Made by a program: the position numbers and the translations under genes. The notes beneath the pieces were generated by a model, which saw only the letters and a program-made list of their open reading frames with translations, did no database searches and was not told the DNA's origin. From the NCBI GenBank assembly GCA_965203485.1, contig OZ241892.1, forward strand, positions 2,496,001 through 2,560,000: a DNA stretch of 64,000 nucleotides, in the 5' to 3' direction. The DNA comes from Longimicrobiales bacterium. Its GTDB lineage: Bacteria; Gemmatimonadota; Gemmatimonadetes; Longimicrobiales; Gaopeijiaceae. Positions 8,760 to 17,741 of the stretch are shown one piece after another (the stretch's first letter is position 1; the number at the start of each line of letters is the position of its first letter).

Positions 8760-11000
8760 ATGCCGGAGAACCGCTTGGCCCAGACTCGTCCCGACTCGCC
8801 GCGCGCCGCCCCGGGTCGCCGGAGCGCGCCACCCCGAGGCGGGCTACGGCCGAGCCATTGGACGCCGGCCGCGGCTTCCATGGTTGTCGCCGTGGCGCTG
8901 GTAGGCGGGGTTGCGTTCCTGGTCGACTTGGCCCCGCGCGTGGAGGCCGACTTCTTCTTTGCGCCGGACGATCCGCAACTTCGCGCCTCGCGGGCGCTGG
9001 CCGAGCGGTATCCGGCGGGTGAAACGCTGATCGTCCGAGCCGAGGCGCCCGACATCGACGCGCCCGGATACGTGGCGCGCGTGGAAGCGCTTGGAGTTGC
9101 GCTGGATTCGCTGCCCGGGGTCGAGAGCGTGTTCTCGGTCGCCAGCGAGAACCGGTCGAGTCCCCTTTGGGGCCGGATCCTGACGCCGCCCGGCGGCCGC
9201 GCGACCAACGTCGTGGCACAACTCGGGCAACACGACGCGGAAGCGTTGGCGGACCGGGTCCGGACCGTGCTCGACGCGCATCGGGGGGCGGACTTCGCGC
9301 TGGCCGCTTCCGGCGTGCCCTTGATCGTGCAGCTGATCCGCCAGGGCTTGGCGCGCGACCTTGCCGTGTTCAGCACGGTCGCCTTCCTGGCGTTCGGGCT
9401 CGTCGCCGGGCTGGTCTACCGAGACCCGCGGGTCGTCGCCGGCACGCTCCTCGCCTGCGTCTCGGCCAGCGCGGCCACGCTGTTGGCAACGGCGGCGGCC
9501 GGCATCGGCGTCGGGCTGCTGACGGCCAACGTCGCCACCATCGTGTTCGTGCTGACCTTGTCGCACACGGTCTTCTTGGCGGCGAACTGGACCGAGGCGC
9601 CGCAACGAGGCGGCGCCCGCCGAAGTCGCGCGGCCGCCGCCGTCGCGCGCACTGCCGCTCCGTCGGCTTGGTGCATGGTCACGACGGCGCTCGGGTTCTC
9701 CAGCTTGCTGCTCGCTCCGGCGCGCCCGCTTCGCGAACTCGGCGCGGCGGGCGCCATCGGGACCGCCATGGCGTTCGCCTGCGCATTCACGATTCTGCCG
9801 GCGTGGCTGGCGGGCGCGCGTGTCCGCTCCTCGGCCGCCGGTCGGCAACTTGCGGCCGCCCGCCTGCCTGCATTCGGCGCGCGCGGACTGGTCCTGCTCG
9901 CGCTCGTGGTCGGCGGAGCGGGCGCGGGCGTTCTTCGTCTGAACACCGATCCCCCCCTGCTCAGCTACTTCGATCCTTCGGGGCCGATACGCCCCGGCCT
10001 GGAGGCGATCGACCGCGAGGGCGGCAGCAGTCCGTTGCTCTTCGCCGTCGGCGGCGCGGACGGCGAGCGCCTGGACAACATGTCCGCCTACGCGCGGCTG
10101 TGGGAGCTGCAGGATTCCCTCGAGGCCGACCCTGCCACCGGCATCGTGCTGTCTCCGGCGCCGTTGCTGGCCCATGCGCGCGAGCTGCCGCTGGCCCGCT
10201 TCCTTCCCGTGTCGCTCTTGCTCGGAATGCTGGAACGCCCCGAGACGGGCGACATCGCCCGCGGCTACTTCCGCGAGGACCGCCGCGAAGTCCTCTACTC
10301 GGTCCGCATGGTCGAGGCGGACAGGACCGAGAACCGCGACACGACGATCGCCCGGCTCGCGGCCCACGCCAACGCCGCCGGCCTCCGGGTCAACGCGACC
10401 GCGGGTCTCTTCGAACTGCAGCGCCACCTTGGCGAACTGATCGCCACGAGCCTCAAGACGGGCATCGGCGGTCTGCTGGGGCTGTTTCTTTTCGTCGGGC
10501 TGGGCGTCGCCCGGAGCGTTCGTGGAGCCGCCGCGATGCTCGTCTGTCTCCTAGCCATCCCGGCCATGGTGCTCGGCGTCTTCGGCCACCTGGGCGTGGC
10601 CGTGGACATCGTCGCGTCCCCCGCCGCGAACGTCGCGCTCGCCATGGGCGTGGACTCGATGATCCACGTCGCGATGCGGGCGCGCCGTGCCCACCCAACT
10701 CCGCCGTCGGCCTCCCGGCGCATCCGTTCGCAACGAGACGGCGGCGTAGACCACGACCGCCCCCGCACCGAAGGCGCGCACGCTTGGACCGACGCCGCCT
10801 CCGCTCTAGCCAAGCCAGTCGCCGCCGCCTGCGCCATCGTCTGCGTCGGCTTCGGCATCTTCGTCCTCTCGGACTTCCCGCCCACCCGCCGCTTCGGGCT
10901 GGCGGTCGTGCTCGGCACGGCGACCGCGTGCTTCGTTGCGCTGTTCGCGTTGCCAACCCTCGTGGAACGCCGCAACGGCCCCGGCCGCGCACGCGGTTAA
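8760..11000 (+). CDS. MMPL/RND-family transporter
   Basis: Two repeats of a periplasmic domain plus TM bundle; MGVDSMIH, TTALGFSSL and SDFPPTRRFG motifs. Start uncertain (8760 or 8880). Confidence 0.85.
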   Translation: MPENRLAQTRPDSPRAAPGRRSAPPRGGLRPSHWTPAAASMVVAVALVGGVAFLVDLAPRVEADFFFAPDDPQLRASRALAERYPAGETLIVRAEAPDIDAPGYVARVEALGVALDSLPGVESVFSVASENRSSPLWGRILTPPGGRATNVVAQLGQHDAEALADRVRTVLDAHRGADFALAASGVPLIVQLIRQGLARDLAVFSTVAFLAFGLVAGLVYRDPRVVAGTLLACVSASAATLLATAAAGIGVGLLTANVATIVFVLTLSHTVFLAANWTEAPQRGGARRSRAAAAVARTAAPSAWCMVTTALGFSSLLLAPARPLRELGAAGAIGTAMAFACAFTILPAWLAGARVRSSAAGRQLAAARLPAFGARGLVLLALVVGGAGAGVLRLNTDPPLLSYFDPSGPIRPGLEAIDREGGSSPLLFAVGGADGERLDNMSAYARLWELQDSLEADPATGIVLSPAPLLAHARELPLARFLPVSLLLGMLERPETGDIARGYFREDRREVLYSVRMVEADRTENRDTTIARLAAHANAAGLRVNATAGLFELQRHLGELIATSLKTGIGGLLGLFLFVGLGVARSVRGAAAMLVCLLAIPAMVLGVFGHLGVAVDIVASPAANVALAMGVDSMIHVAMRARRAHPTPPSASRRIRSQRDGGVDHDRPRTEGAHAWTDAASALAKPVAAACAIVCVGFGIFVLSDFPPTRRFGLAVVLGTATACFVALFALPTLVERRNGPGRARG

Positions 11001-11151
11001 GGACAGGGCTCGGCCCGATGCGGACCGTCGGCGCCGCGACTATGCGCGGTTCCGCTCCGTCTTGTCGTCGAGCGACTTTGGGGACCGGATCCCGGTGCCG
11101 CCCAGCGACGGAACGGACGGACACGCCAGCCAGCGCCTTGGCCGACGCCGG

Positions 11152-11883
11152 CTAGAGCTTCAAGATGTTGTCCTCGCGCCGGTAGTTCTCGACCCCTTTG
11201 CCCATCCAACGCGAGGAGAGGACGATCATGCAGGCCGCGAACAGGATGCCGAGCGCCAGGCAGACGGCGATCCCCAGCGGGGACGCAACCCAAGCGGCGA
11301 TCGCCGCGATCCGTTCCGCGTCGAAGTAGGGCGCGAGGGCAGGTCCGACGATCCGGTCGCCGACGAAGGCCACGACGAAGGACGCGACGAAGAACAACGC
11401 AATGAGTTTTTCTGCGCGAAACCGCAGACACGTCGCCGAGGCCAGCGACGCCAACACCCAGCTGACGCCGCACAAGGCTGTCAAGGCGACGGCGAAGCCC
11501 CCGGCGCCCCACCACTCGAGAGAGGCGAACGGCGCCCACAGGTAGGGGGCGGTCACCAGAACGGCGAACACCGCCAGCGCCGCCAGCGCCGCCACCCGCG
11601 ACGCGCCGTGGACGTCGGCGGTCACGGGCAGGGACTTGAGAAACTCGAGATCGCCCGAGTAGCGGTCCTTCAGGGCGTTCGAGTATCCGAAAGCAGCCGG
11701 TCCCACGAGCGCCGCCGCGATCGCGGCGGCCGACGACGACACGTCCTCCATTATCGCGGTGAGCGCCAGCGGCATCACGATGCCCATGAGGGCGATGCCC
11801 GTGAACGATCTCGCGTGGCGCCGAAGCTCCATCGCTACGAGCCGCCGCAACGCGAGTCTACTGTTCCGCTTGCAGTATCTCAT
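11152..11883 (-). CDS. ABC-2-type permease / immunity-like membrane protein
   Basis: About 6 TM segments and an EFLKSLPVT motif typical of ABC-2 permeases; overlaps the ATPase gene. Confidence 0.75.
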   Translation of the reverse strand: MRYCKRNSRLALRRLVAMELRRHARSFTGIALMGIVMPLALTAIMEDVSSSAAAIAAALVGPAAFGYSNALKDRYSGDLEFLKSLPVTADVHGASRVAALAALAVFAVLVTAPYLWAPFASLEWWGAGGFAVALTALCGVSWVLASLASATCLRFRAEKLIALFFVASFVVAFVGDRIVGPALAPYFDAERIAAIAAWVASPLGIAVCLALGILFAACMIVLSSRWMGKGVENYRREDNILKL

Positions 11884-12574
11884 ACAGAAGAGCATGGAGG
11901 GGTTGGGACGGATCCCGGCTTCTGATCTCGCTCACGGTGCGGTCCGCGACCAAGCGTCCGTTCTTGAGGAACAGCACGCGGTCGGCGATCCGCTCCACGT
12001 CTTCGAGAAGGTGGCTGGAAAACAGCACGAGGCGGTCCCCGCCGGCCGGCGCGCATTCGTCGACGACCTTGAGGAGCTCCCCGCGCATGAGCGGGTCGAT
12101 CGCGGACGTCGGTTCGTCCAGGAGTAGCAGCTTGGGACGGTGCGCCTCGGCCGCCACAAGCGAAAGCTTCACCTTCATGCCCTTGGAGAGCGTGCCCACC
12201 TTGACCCGGGGCGGCACCGCGAGTCGGTCGAGCAGCTCGAACGCGTGCTGTTCGTCCCACGTCGGGAAGAAGTCGGCTAGGAAGCGCAGATGGCCGGCCA
12301 CCGTCATCCATTCGAGCGCCAAGAGGCTCTCCGGCAGGAAGCCGACCGACGCGCGCACACCCGGCATCAACTCGCGGACATCCCGGCCGTCAATGTCGAT
12401 TCGGCCGTCGTAGTGGGACATCTGGCCGGCGACGGCTTTCAAGGTCGTGCTCTTTCCGGCGCCGTTCGCGCCCACGACCGCGATCCGCTCCCCGGCCGAG
12501 AACGCGACGTCCAGGGGGCCGAGCGTGAAGGCGGGATAGCGAACTCCGAATCGCTTGAGCGCTACCGACGGCAT
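11858..12574 (-). CDS. ABC transporter ATP-binding protein
   Basis: Walker A GANGAGKST, signature LSKGM, Walker B LLLLDEPT, H-loop SSH. Confidence 0.95.
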   Translation of the reverse strand: MPSVALKRFGVRYPAFTLGPLDVAFSAGERIAVVGANGAGKSTTLKAVAGQMSHYDGRIDIDGRDVRELMPGVRASVGFLPESLLALEWMTVAGHLRFLADFFPTWDEQHAFELLDRLAVPPRVKVGTLSKGMKVKLSLVAAEAHRPKLLLLDEPTSAIDPLMRGELLKVVDECAPAGGDRLVLFSSHLLEDVERIADRVLFLKNGRLVADRTVSEIRSRDPSQPLHALLYEILQAEQ

Positions 12575-12587
12575 CCGGTTCTCCGGG

Positions 12588-13256
12588 CTAGTTCACCAAG
12601 CTCGCGCGCGCGACCGCGGCCGCCACGACCGCCGCCCACAGTCCCACGGCCAGCGAAGCCGAGCGGCGCAACGACATGGAGAATACCTCCCGCAACGCCA
12701 ACGAAAGGAACACCACCCACGCCAAGTGGGCAAGCGACACGCTCTGGGCGGCCGCCGCCAACAAGGGACGGTCCGGCGAGACCAGGGCAGCCAACCCAAT
12801 CGGACCCGCGAGCGTCTCGCGGCCCCCGAGCGCCACCGTCAAGTGCACGTAGAGCCCCGCGAACACGCCGCGCAACGCCATGAGCGCCTCGCCATAGAGG
12901 AAGACCGACAGCAATGGCCGCAGCCGCGCGCCGGAACTCAGGAAAGCCAATGCCGCCCATGCGAACGCGGCCAGCAAGCCCGCCTTGACCAGCGTCGTCA
13001 CCGGAGCCAGCGCGATCAAGATCCAGAACATCGTCTCCGCCGTGACCGCATCCGCAGCCTCGCCCGAAGCGCCGCCGAAGAAGACCGGCCGCAACGACAG
13101 CAGGGCGCCCACCGACACGACGAAGGCCGCCAACAGCGGCGGCAGCACCGGCTCTCTGCGGCGGATGTCCCGCAAGCTCGGCACCATCAGGCCGAAGAAC
13201 GTCTTCACGCGCGATTCCGGCGCGGACGGCTCGCCGGACACCAAGACGGCGATCAT
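12588..13256 (-). CDS. Yip1-like polytopic membrane protein
   Basis: 222 aa, about 5 TM segments; LRPLLSVFLY, PIGLAAL and LAWVVFLSLALR pattern resembles bacterial Yip1. ATGA overlap with the upstream gene. Confidence 0.65.
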   Translation of the reverse strand: MIAVLVSGEPSAPESRVKTFFGLMVPSLRDIRRREPVLPPLLAAFVVSVGALLSLRPVFFGGASGEAADAVTAETMFWILIALAPVTTLVKAGLLAAFAWAALAFLSSGARLRPLLSVFLYGEALMALRGVFAGLYVHLTVALGGRETLAGPIGLAALVSPDRPLLAAAAQSVSLAHLAWVVFLSLALREVFSMSLRRSASLAVGLWAAVVAAAVARASLVN

Positions 13257-13786
13257 CGCGGCATCCCCACAGCGTCCATGGCCTGCGCGAGTTGCCTCCG
13301 CGTCGACCGTCCAACGCGCACGATCCGGACCGTGTCCGTCCGGTCGGTCCAGTACGTGACCGGCACGTAGCGCACGGCCAGCGCGCGCGCAATGCTGCTG
13401 TCGGCGTCCGCGATCGCGCGGTTGCGCATGGCCGGCGGTATCCACGACATGTCTCCCCGAGCGTCCGGGGCCGCGATCACCCACACGTTGGCCCGGACGC
13501 CGTCTTCGATCATGGCTTCCCAGCGTGCTAGTTGCTCCTTGCAATACGGGCAGGTCGGCGTCGCATACATCAACGCGGACGGCCCCTCGAGGCTGGACTC
13601 CGACCGCCAGTCGTCGCCGCTGCTCGTTCGGCCCGCCAACGCCGGCAACGGCCATGGCGGCTCCGGCCCCGAAGACCGCTGCCCGCCGTCGACCAGCTTG
13701 AACGGCGCGACCACGCACACGGCCACGCCCAGACCAACTGCAAGTGCAATCAACTTCCTCGTTCTTGCCCCGTCCTTGTTCTTCAT
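13253..13786 (-). CDS. Membrane-anchored thioredoxin-like protein (CPYC)
   Basis: N-terminal TM anchor, YATPTCPYC, and the cis-Pro loop VRYVPVTY. Confidence 0.85.
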   Translation of the reverse strand: MKNKDGARTRKLIALAVGLGVAVCVVAPFKLVDGGQRSSGPEPPWPLPALAGRTSSGDDWRSESSLEGPSALMYATPTCPYCKEQLARWEAMIEDGVRANVWVIAAPDARGDMSWIPPAMRNRAIADADSSIARALAVRYVPVTYWTDRTDTVRIVRVGRSTRRQLAQAMDAVGMPR

Positions 13787-13808
13787 GCCGCTTCGTCTCC
13801 GCAGATGT

Positions 13809-13843
13809 GGCTCGGGACGCACCACCGGCGTGCCTCCCGAGCC
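13809..13843 (-). terminator. Strong intergenic hairpin between peptide genes and processing genes
   Basis: GGCTCGGGA...TCCCGAGCC perfect 9-bp stem, extended by GCAC/GTGC. No U-tract, so it may be a stabiliser or attenuator instead. Confidence 0.5.
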
Positions 13844-13886
13844 GGGTTCACCTCAGCTTTCCATGAGGGCGCCGTGTTGCCCCTTA

Positions 13887-14123
13887 CTACTTGCTAAGGT
13901 CGCACCTCGCGCATCGCGCGGGGAAGATCAGGCGATAGAACCAGGAGGAGCGACAGGCCGAACAGAAGAGAAGGTCTTCCTCGACCGGCCTGCAGACGAC
14001 CCAGTCGTCTTCGTCTATTTCCTGGGACTGCAACGGTGCGGGCGGGAGGCCCGTAGCGGCAGAGCCGGCCACGGCCGCGGCGAGAACGAAATGCGAGAAC
14101 TTCCATGCTTGCTTGGCTTTCAT
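13887..14123 (-). CDS. Secreted Cys-rich small protein (78 aa)
   Basis: GGAG RBS; MKAKQAWKFSHFVLAAAVAGSAA signal-like leader; mature part contains C, CSAC and CARC. Confidence 0.8.
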   Translation of the reverse strand: MKAKQAWKFSHFVLAAAVAGSAATGLPPAPLQSQEIDEDDWVVCRPVEEDLLFCSACRSSWFYRLIFPARCARCDLSK

Positions 14124-14181
14124 GATGTTTCTCCGATGTGGATGTGGATTCCTTGTTTTTCGGTTGATTCCTTGCGGCGAT

Positions 14182-14328
14182 CTAGAAGAACGCCGCCTTG
14201 CACGTTCCCACGCACGCCGGGACAATGACTCCGGCCGGCGATATCAACAGCATAGCCAGACCGAGCACGCTGCTGCCGCCCAGGGCGAGGATGGCTGCCG
14301 CGCAGCCTATGCATGCGACTTTGACCAC
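14182..14328 (-). CDS. Hydrophobic CxxC...CxxxC peptide C (48 aa; not in ORF track)
   Basis: AAAGGAG 6 nt before GTG. Translates MVKVACIGCAAAILALGGSSVLGLAMLLISPAGVIVPACVGTCKAAFF, with the same Cys pattern as the two upstream ORFs. Confidence 0.85.
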   Translation of the reverse strand: MVKVACIGCAAAILALGGSSVLGLAMLLISPAGVIVPACVGTCKAAFF

Positions 14329-14380
14329 TGCGAACTCCTTTCTCGTCTTGCACGAGGTTGATGTCTTCGATTGGCATCAG

Positions 14381-14539
14381 TCAGAAGAGACTGGCGCATG
14401 TGGCTACGCAAGCCAGGACCGCGAGGGTCGAGCCCGGAGTCGCGGCGGCCGCGAGCCATGCAGCCGGGCCGGCGGCCGCAAGCCCGATTCCGGCGGCCAC
14501 GCATCCTCCGCACCCCAACACCGCCAGCATCGTCTTCAT
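14381..14539 (-). CDS. Hydrophobic CxxC...CxxxC peptide B (52 aa)
   Basis: MKTMLAVLGCGGCVAAGIGLAAAGPAAWLAAAATPGSTLAVLACVATCASLF; ATGA-coupled to the upstream ORF. Confidence 0.85.
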   Translation of the reverse strand: MKTMLAVLGCGGCVAAGIGLAAAGPAAWLAAAATPGSTLAVLACVATCASLF

Positions 14540-14847
14540 CGGATTGCCCCCACAGCTGCCGCGCATGCGGCCACGCACGTCAGTGCGGTCGCAACCGCAT
14601 GTTTCGGGTTGCGGAGAAACCATCCCCAAACGGGCACGCCGATCATGCTGAGCACGGTCATCCCGGCCCCGACGGCAACGCACGTCAGGCATCCTTGCGT
14701 GGCTCCGAAGCCGCCGCCGCCGTCCTGTGCGCCGACCCCGGGCGGGGCGGTCGGCAACGCCGACGCGGACGCCGGCGCCGCGCCGAACGCGCTTGCGGTT
14801 GCCGTCGCCAGCAGGACGGCAAGCGCGGCGATGCGATGCTTACTCAT
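14536..14847 (-). CDS. CxxC...CxxxC peptide A precursor with Sec-type signal and pro-region (103 aa)
   Basis: AAGGAGGT RBS; signal MSKHRIAALAVLLATATASAFGAAPASA; Gly-rich linker; core CLTC-x34-CVAAC. Confidence 0.85.
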   Translation of the reverse strand: MSKHRIAALAVLLATATASAFGAAPASASALPTAPPGVGAQDGGGGFGATQGCLTCVAVGAGMTVLSMIGVPVWGWFLRNPKHAVATALTCVAACAAAVGAIR

Positions 14848-15691
14848 GTGCTACCTCCTTGTGGAGTGAATGAAAGTCCCCCGCGGCGAAGCGCCGCAGG
14901 AGCGGGGTCCGGCAACGTCCGGCAAGGAGGGTTCCTCGCCGGGCCAGCCCGCGTTGGACATGTCTGTTCGCGTGGAAAAGGCCAAGCCGCCGCGCCCGCC
15001 CCAAGCGCTTCGGCGCCGGACCGCTCGCCGCGCGCCAAGAGGCGACCCCGAGCGCAACCAGCCCCGCGAGCGCCAGAAGGGCGAAGGCGCGGCGGGGACG
15101 GCGGCGGTTGGGGGAGCTGCGCAGGAGCATGGGGCCAGGGGTCGGGGCGGTCGGCTGCAAGTCGTGGAGCAGACGCTAGTCAAACGCCTGGGACGCCTAC
15201 ATAGCTGGATGGGTCCGCTCTCGCAGCGTCCGCGGAGCCGCCGAATCGAGCGAAACGACAAGTCCAGCAAGGCTGTTCGGGCGATGCTCCCACTGGCGGC
15301 GCTCGCGCAGCTTGGCGCCCGCGACGAGGAAGATCTTGCGCAACGCGGTTGCGAACGGCCGATCAGCCGCGGGGCCGCCGCGATGCCGGCGGCGGGATTG
15401 ACCGAGCCCGAACCGGACGCGGACACGGAGCCGCGCTAGGCGTCTCTGCAAACGCGGTGGGCCTGATGCGAATTGATCGGGCCCGAACCGGACGCCGGGG
15501 CCGGGAGGCCGCCCGGACGAACCCGGACGCGTGGCGGCGCGACGGAAAGCCCGCACGGCCGGGAACCGAAGCGCATGCCGCTGCGACGGCGCGCGCACAA
15601 ACCGAAGCCGGAGGCTAGGCGCCAACAAGCGACTGCGCCAGCCTCGGCAGACCTGGAACGCGCGGTCAGGTCGCGAAGCCGCCCGCTTCCG

Positions 15692-16312
15692 CTACATGCC
15701 CTTCAGCGCGTCCAGGATGTCTTGGTTGGAAGGCCGGACGCGGTAGTCGGTCTCCACGAACTTCCACCTCACCACGCCGTCCCGGTCGAGGACGAACGTG
15801 GCCGGATGGGGAACGGGACGCCGCGGGGGGGAGTCCGCGTTGAAGAGTCCGTAGCGGTCGATGACGCGGTGGTCCGGGTCCGACAGCATCACGAAGTCGG
15901 GCCGGGCGCCACCGTCGGCCACGATCCGGTCGATCATCATCTGCTGCCTCTCCCGGTCGTCGACGGAAACCGTCACGATCGCCGTCCCTTCGCGGAGGTC
16001 CGGCGGCAGGAGGTCTCTCAGCTCGCCGAGCTGACGGGCGCAGTGCGGTCACCAGTGTCCGCGGTAGAAGACGAGGACGACGTTCTTCTCGCCCCTGAAG
16101 CCCGCCAGCGCCACCGGCGGCCCCTCGAAGGACTCCAGGACGAAGAGAGGCGCCTCGTCGCCGACCGAGACGCGCCCGAGGTCGGAGCCCGGCAAGTCGT
16201 TCCCGTCGGCCGGACCGAGGACCGGCTGTTGAGCCATGAGGCGCGAGGAGGGGGCAGTCGCGGCAACCGCGAGGGCCGCGGCCGTCGCGAGGGCCGGTGC
16301 GGTACGGATCAT
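15692..16312 (-). CDS. Peroxiredoxin-like (AhpC/TSA/redoxin) selenoprotein, Sec at TGA 16049-16051
   Basis: The two ORF-track pieces are in one frame: VVLVFYRGHW-TGA-PHCARQLGEL...PATFVLDRDGVVRW. TGA occupies the first Cys of CxxC. Confidence 0.9.
16018..16034 (-). promoter_or_regulatory. Putative bacterial SECIS hairpin
   Basis: UCAGCUC-GGC-GAGCUGA perfect stem with a G-containing loop, beginning 14 nt after the UGA. Confidence 0.7.
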
Positions 16313-16595
16313 GAATGAAGTCTGTCTGCTAGCGGGGTCGAGCTGATGAAAGGTTCGGCAACTCCGTGGCCATGCGACGGCGACGTTGCGCCTCCGCGAG
16401 TTGGCCGGGACCGCCGACGAAGTTGCACGCTTCAAAGATGGCGAGCCGCTCGGGCGGCCACAACCCGTCGCGCGCGGCGCCCGCGGCCGCCCTTGCCGTC
16501 CGGCCTGCGCGCGGCCAAGCTCCAAGCAGCGCCCGCGCGGTCGCTCTTCGCCGGCTCCGCGCCGCGTCCCCCGTCCTGCCGCCGCTCGCCTTCTC

Positions 16596-17741
16596 GTGCC
16601 CCTTCCCGAATCCATCTCCGGCGCGTCCGACGACGGCGTCTACTACCTGCACGGGGCAGACGAGTTCCGCAAGGACCAAGCGGCGAGGCGCCTCGTGGAG
16701 CGGTTCGCCGACGCGGGCACGCGCGACTTCAACCTGGACCGGCTGGACGGCGCCCGGACGACGGTCGAGCAGCTCGCGACGGTCGCGGCCACGCCGCCGA
16801 TGATGGCCGAGCGGCGGGTGGTGCACCTCGTCTCGGCGGAAGCGCTCGCGGGCAGCGCAAAGGCGCGCGCCGTTCTCCTGGACTTGGCCAAGAGTCCGCC
16901 CCCGGGGCTCGTCCTGATCGTGCAGGCGACGGTTCCGGGGCGCTCGACGGCCAAGTTCTACAAGGAGTTGGCGCGGCTCGCGACGACCGCCGAGTTCAAG
17001 GCGATACCGGAGAACGAAGCCCCGGCGTGGCTGGTCACGTGGGCGGCCGAGGAGCTCGAAGCAGTCGTCGAACTCGATGCCGCGAGGGCGCTGGCGGCGG
17101 CGCTGGGATCGAACCTGGGCATGCTGTCGAACGAGGTGCGAAAGCTGGCGGGGATGGTTGCCGACGGCGCGCCGGTGGATCTCGAAGCCGTCCGCGCGGG
17201 AGGATTCGAGATCGCCCGGCAGGATCGCTGGGCTTGGTTCGACGCGGTCGGGCGCCGCCGAATCGCCGAGGCGCTGAAGGGGCTTCCGGTCCTCGTGCGG
17301 CAGGGCGAAGCTCCGATCGCCCTCGTGAGCGGCCTGGCCGCGCATCTCCTGCGCATCGGAGTGGCGGCGGAAGGCGGCGCGAGCGCGTTGAAGGCCGCGT
17401 TGCCGCCGCACCAGAAGTTCCTGGCGAAGCGCTTGGCAAGCCAAGCGCGGCAGTGGAACCGCGCCGACTTGGCGGCCGCGGTCAGGAGGCTGCGACGGCT
17501 CGACCGCCTGCTCAAGGCGAGTTCCCTGCCCGGCGACGGGCTCTTGGAAGAGTGGCTCCACGGGGTGGCGGCCCGCGATGCGCCTGCCCGAGCCGGGCGG
17601 CGCCGGAAAGACCGGATGGCGCAGACGAGCGGCAGGCCGTCGGCGCGACGGAGGACGACCGCGGCCGCGCCGGGCGCCGACGACCGGGAGGAGTCGACGA
17701 CGGGGCGGACGAACTCCCGGCGCCGGGCAACGCGAACGTGA
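16596..17741 (+). CDS. holA: DNA polymerase III subunit delta
   Basis: [37 protein letters not shown] and LDRLLKAS motifs; Arg-rich C-terminal tail. Confidence 0.9.
   Translation: MPLPESISGASDDGVYYLHGADEFRKDQAARRLVERFADAGTRDFNLDRLDGARTTVEQLATVAATPPMMAERRVVHLVSAEALAGSAKARAVLLDLAKSPPPGLVLIVQATVPGRSTAKFYKELARLATTAEFKAIPENEAPAWLVTWAAEELEAVVELDAARALAAALGSNLGMLSNEVRKLAGMVADGAPVDLEAVRAGGFEIARQDRWAWFDAVGRRRIAEALKGLPVLVRQGEAPIALVSGLAAHLLRIGVAAEGGASALKAALPPHQKFLAKRLASQARQWNRADLAAAVRRLRRLDRLLKASSLPGDGLLEEWLHGVAARDAPARAGRRRKDRMAQTSGRPSARRRTTAAAPGADDREESTTGRTNSRRRATRT

Noticed and set aside
8760..11000. MMPL transporter as part of the peptide system
   Set aside because: Opposite strand and convergent; nothing in the sequence links it to the operon.
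14120..14377. 85-aa ORF in the peptide cluster
   Set aside because: Overlaps the 48-aa ORF, which has the RBS and the family Cys pattern; this frame has neither.
14840..15439. ORFs 14840-15160(-), 14851-15426(-) and 14870-15439(+)
   Set aside because: No convincing RBS or motif. The short hydrophobic stretch in the 106-aa ORF is insufficient, so the region is left unannotated.
15692..16312. Peroxiredoxin pseudogene or two separate genes
   Set aside because: The stop is TGA exactly at the redox Cys, followed by a SECIS-like hairpin, with no other decay.
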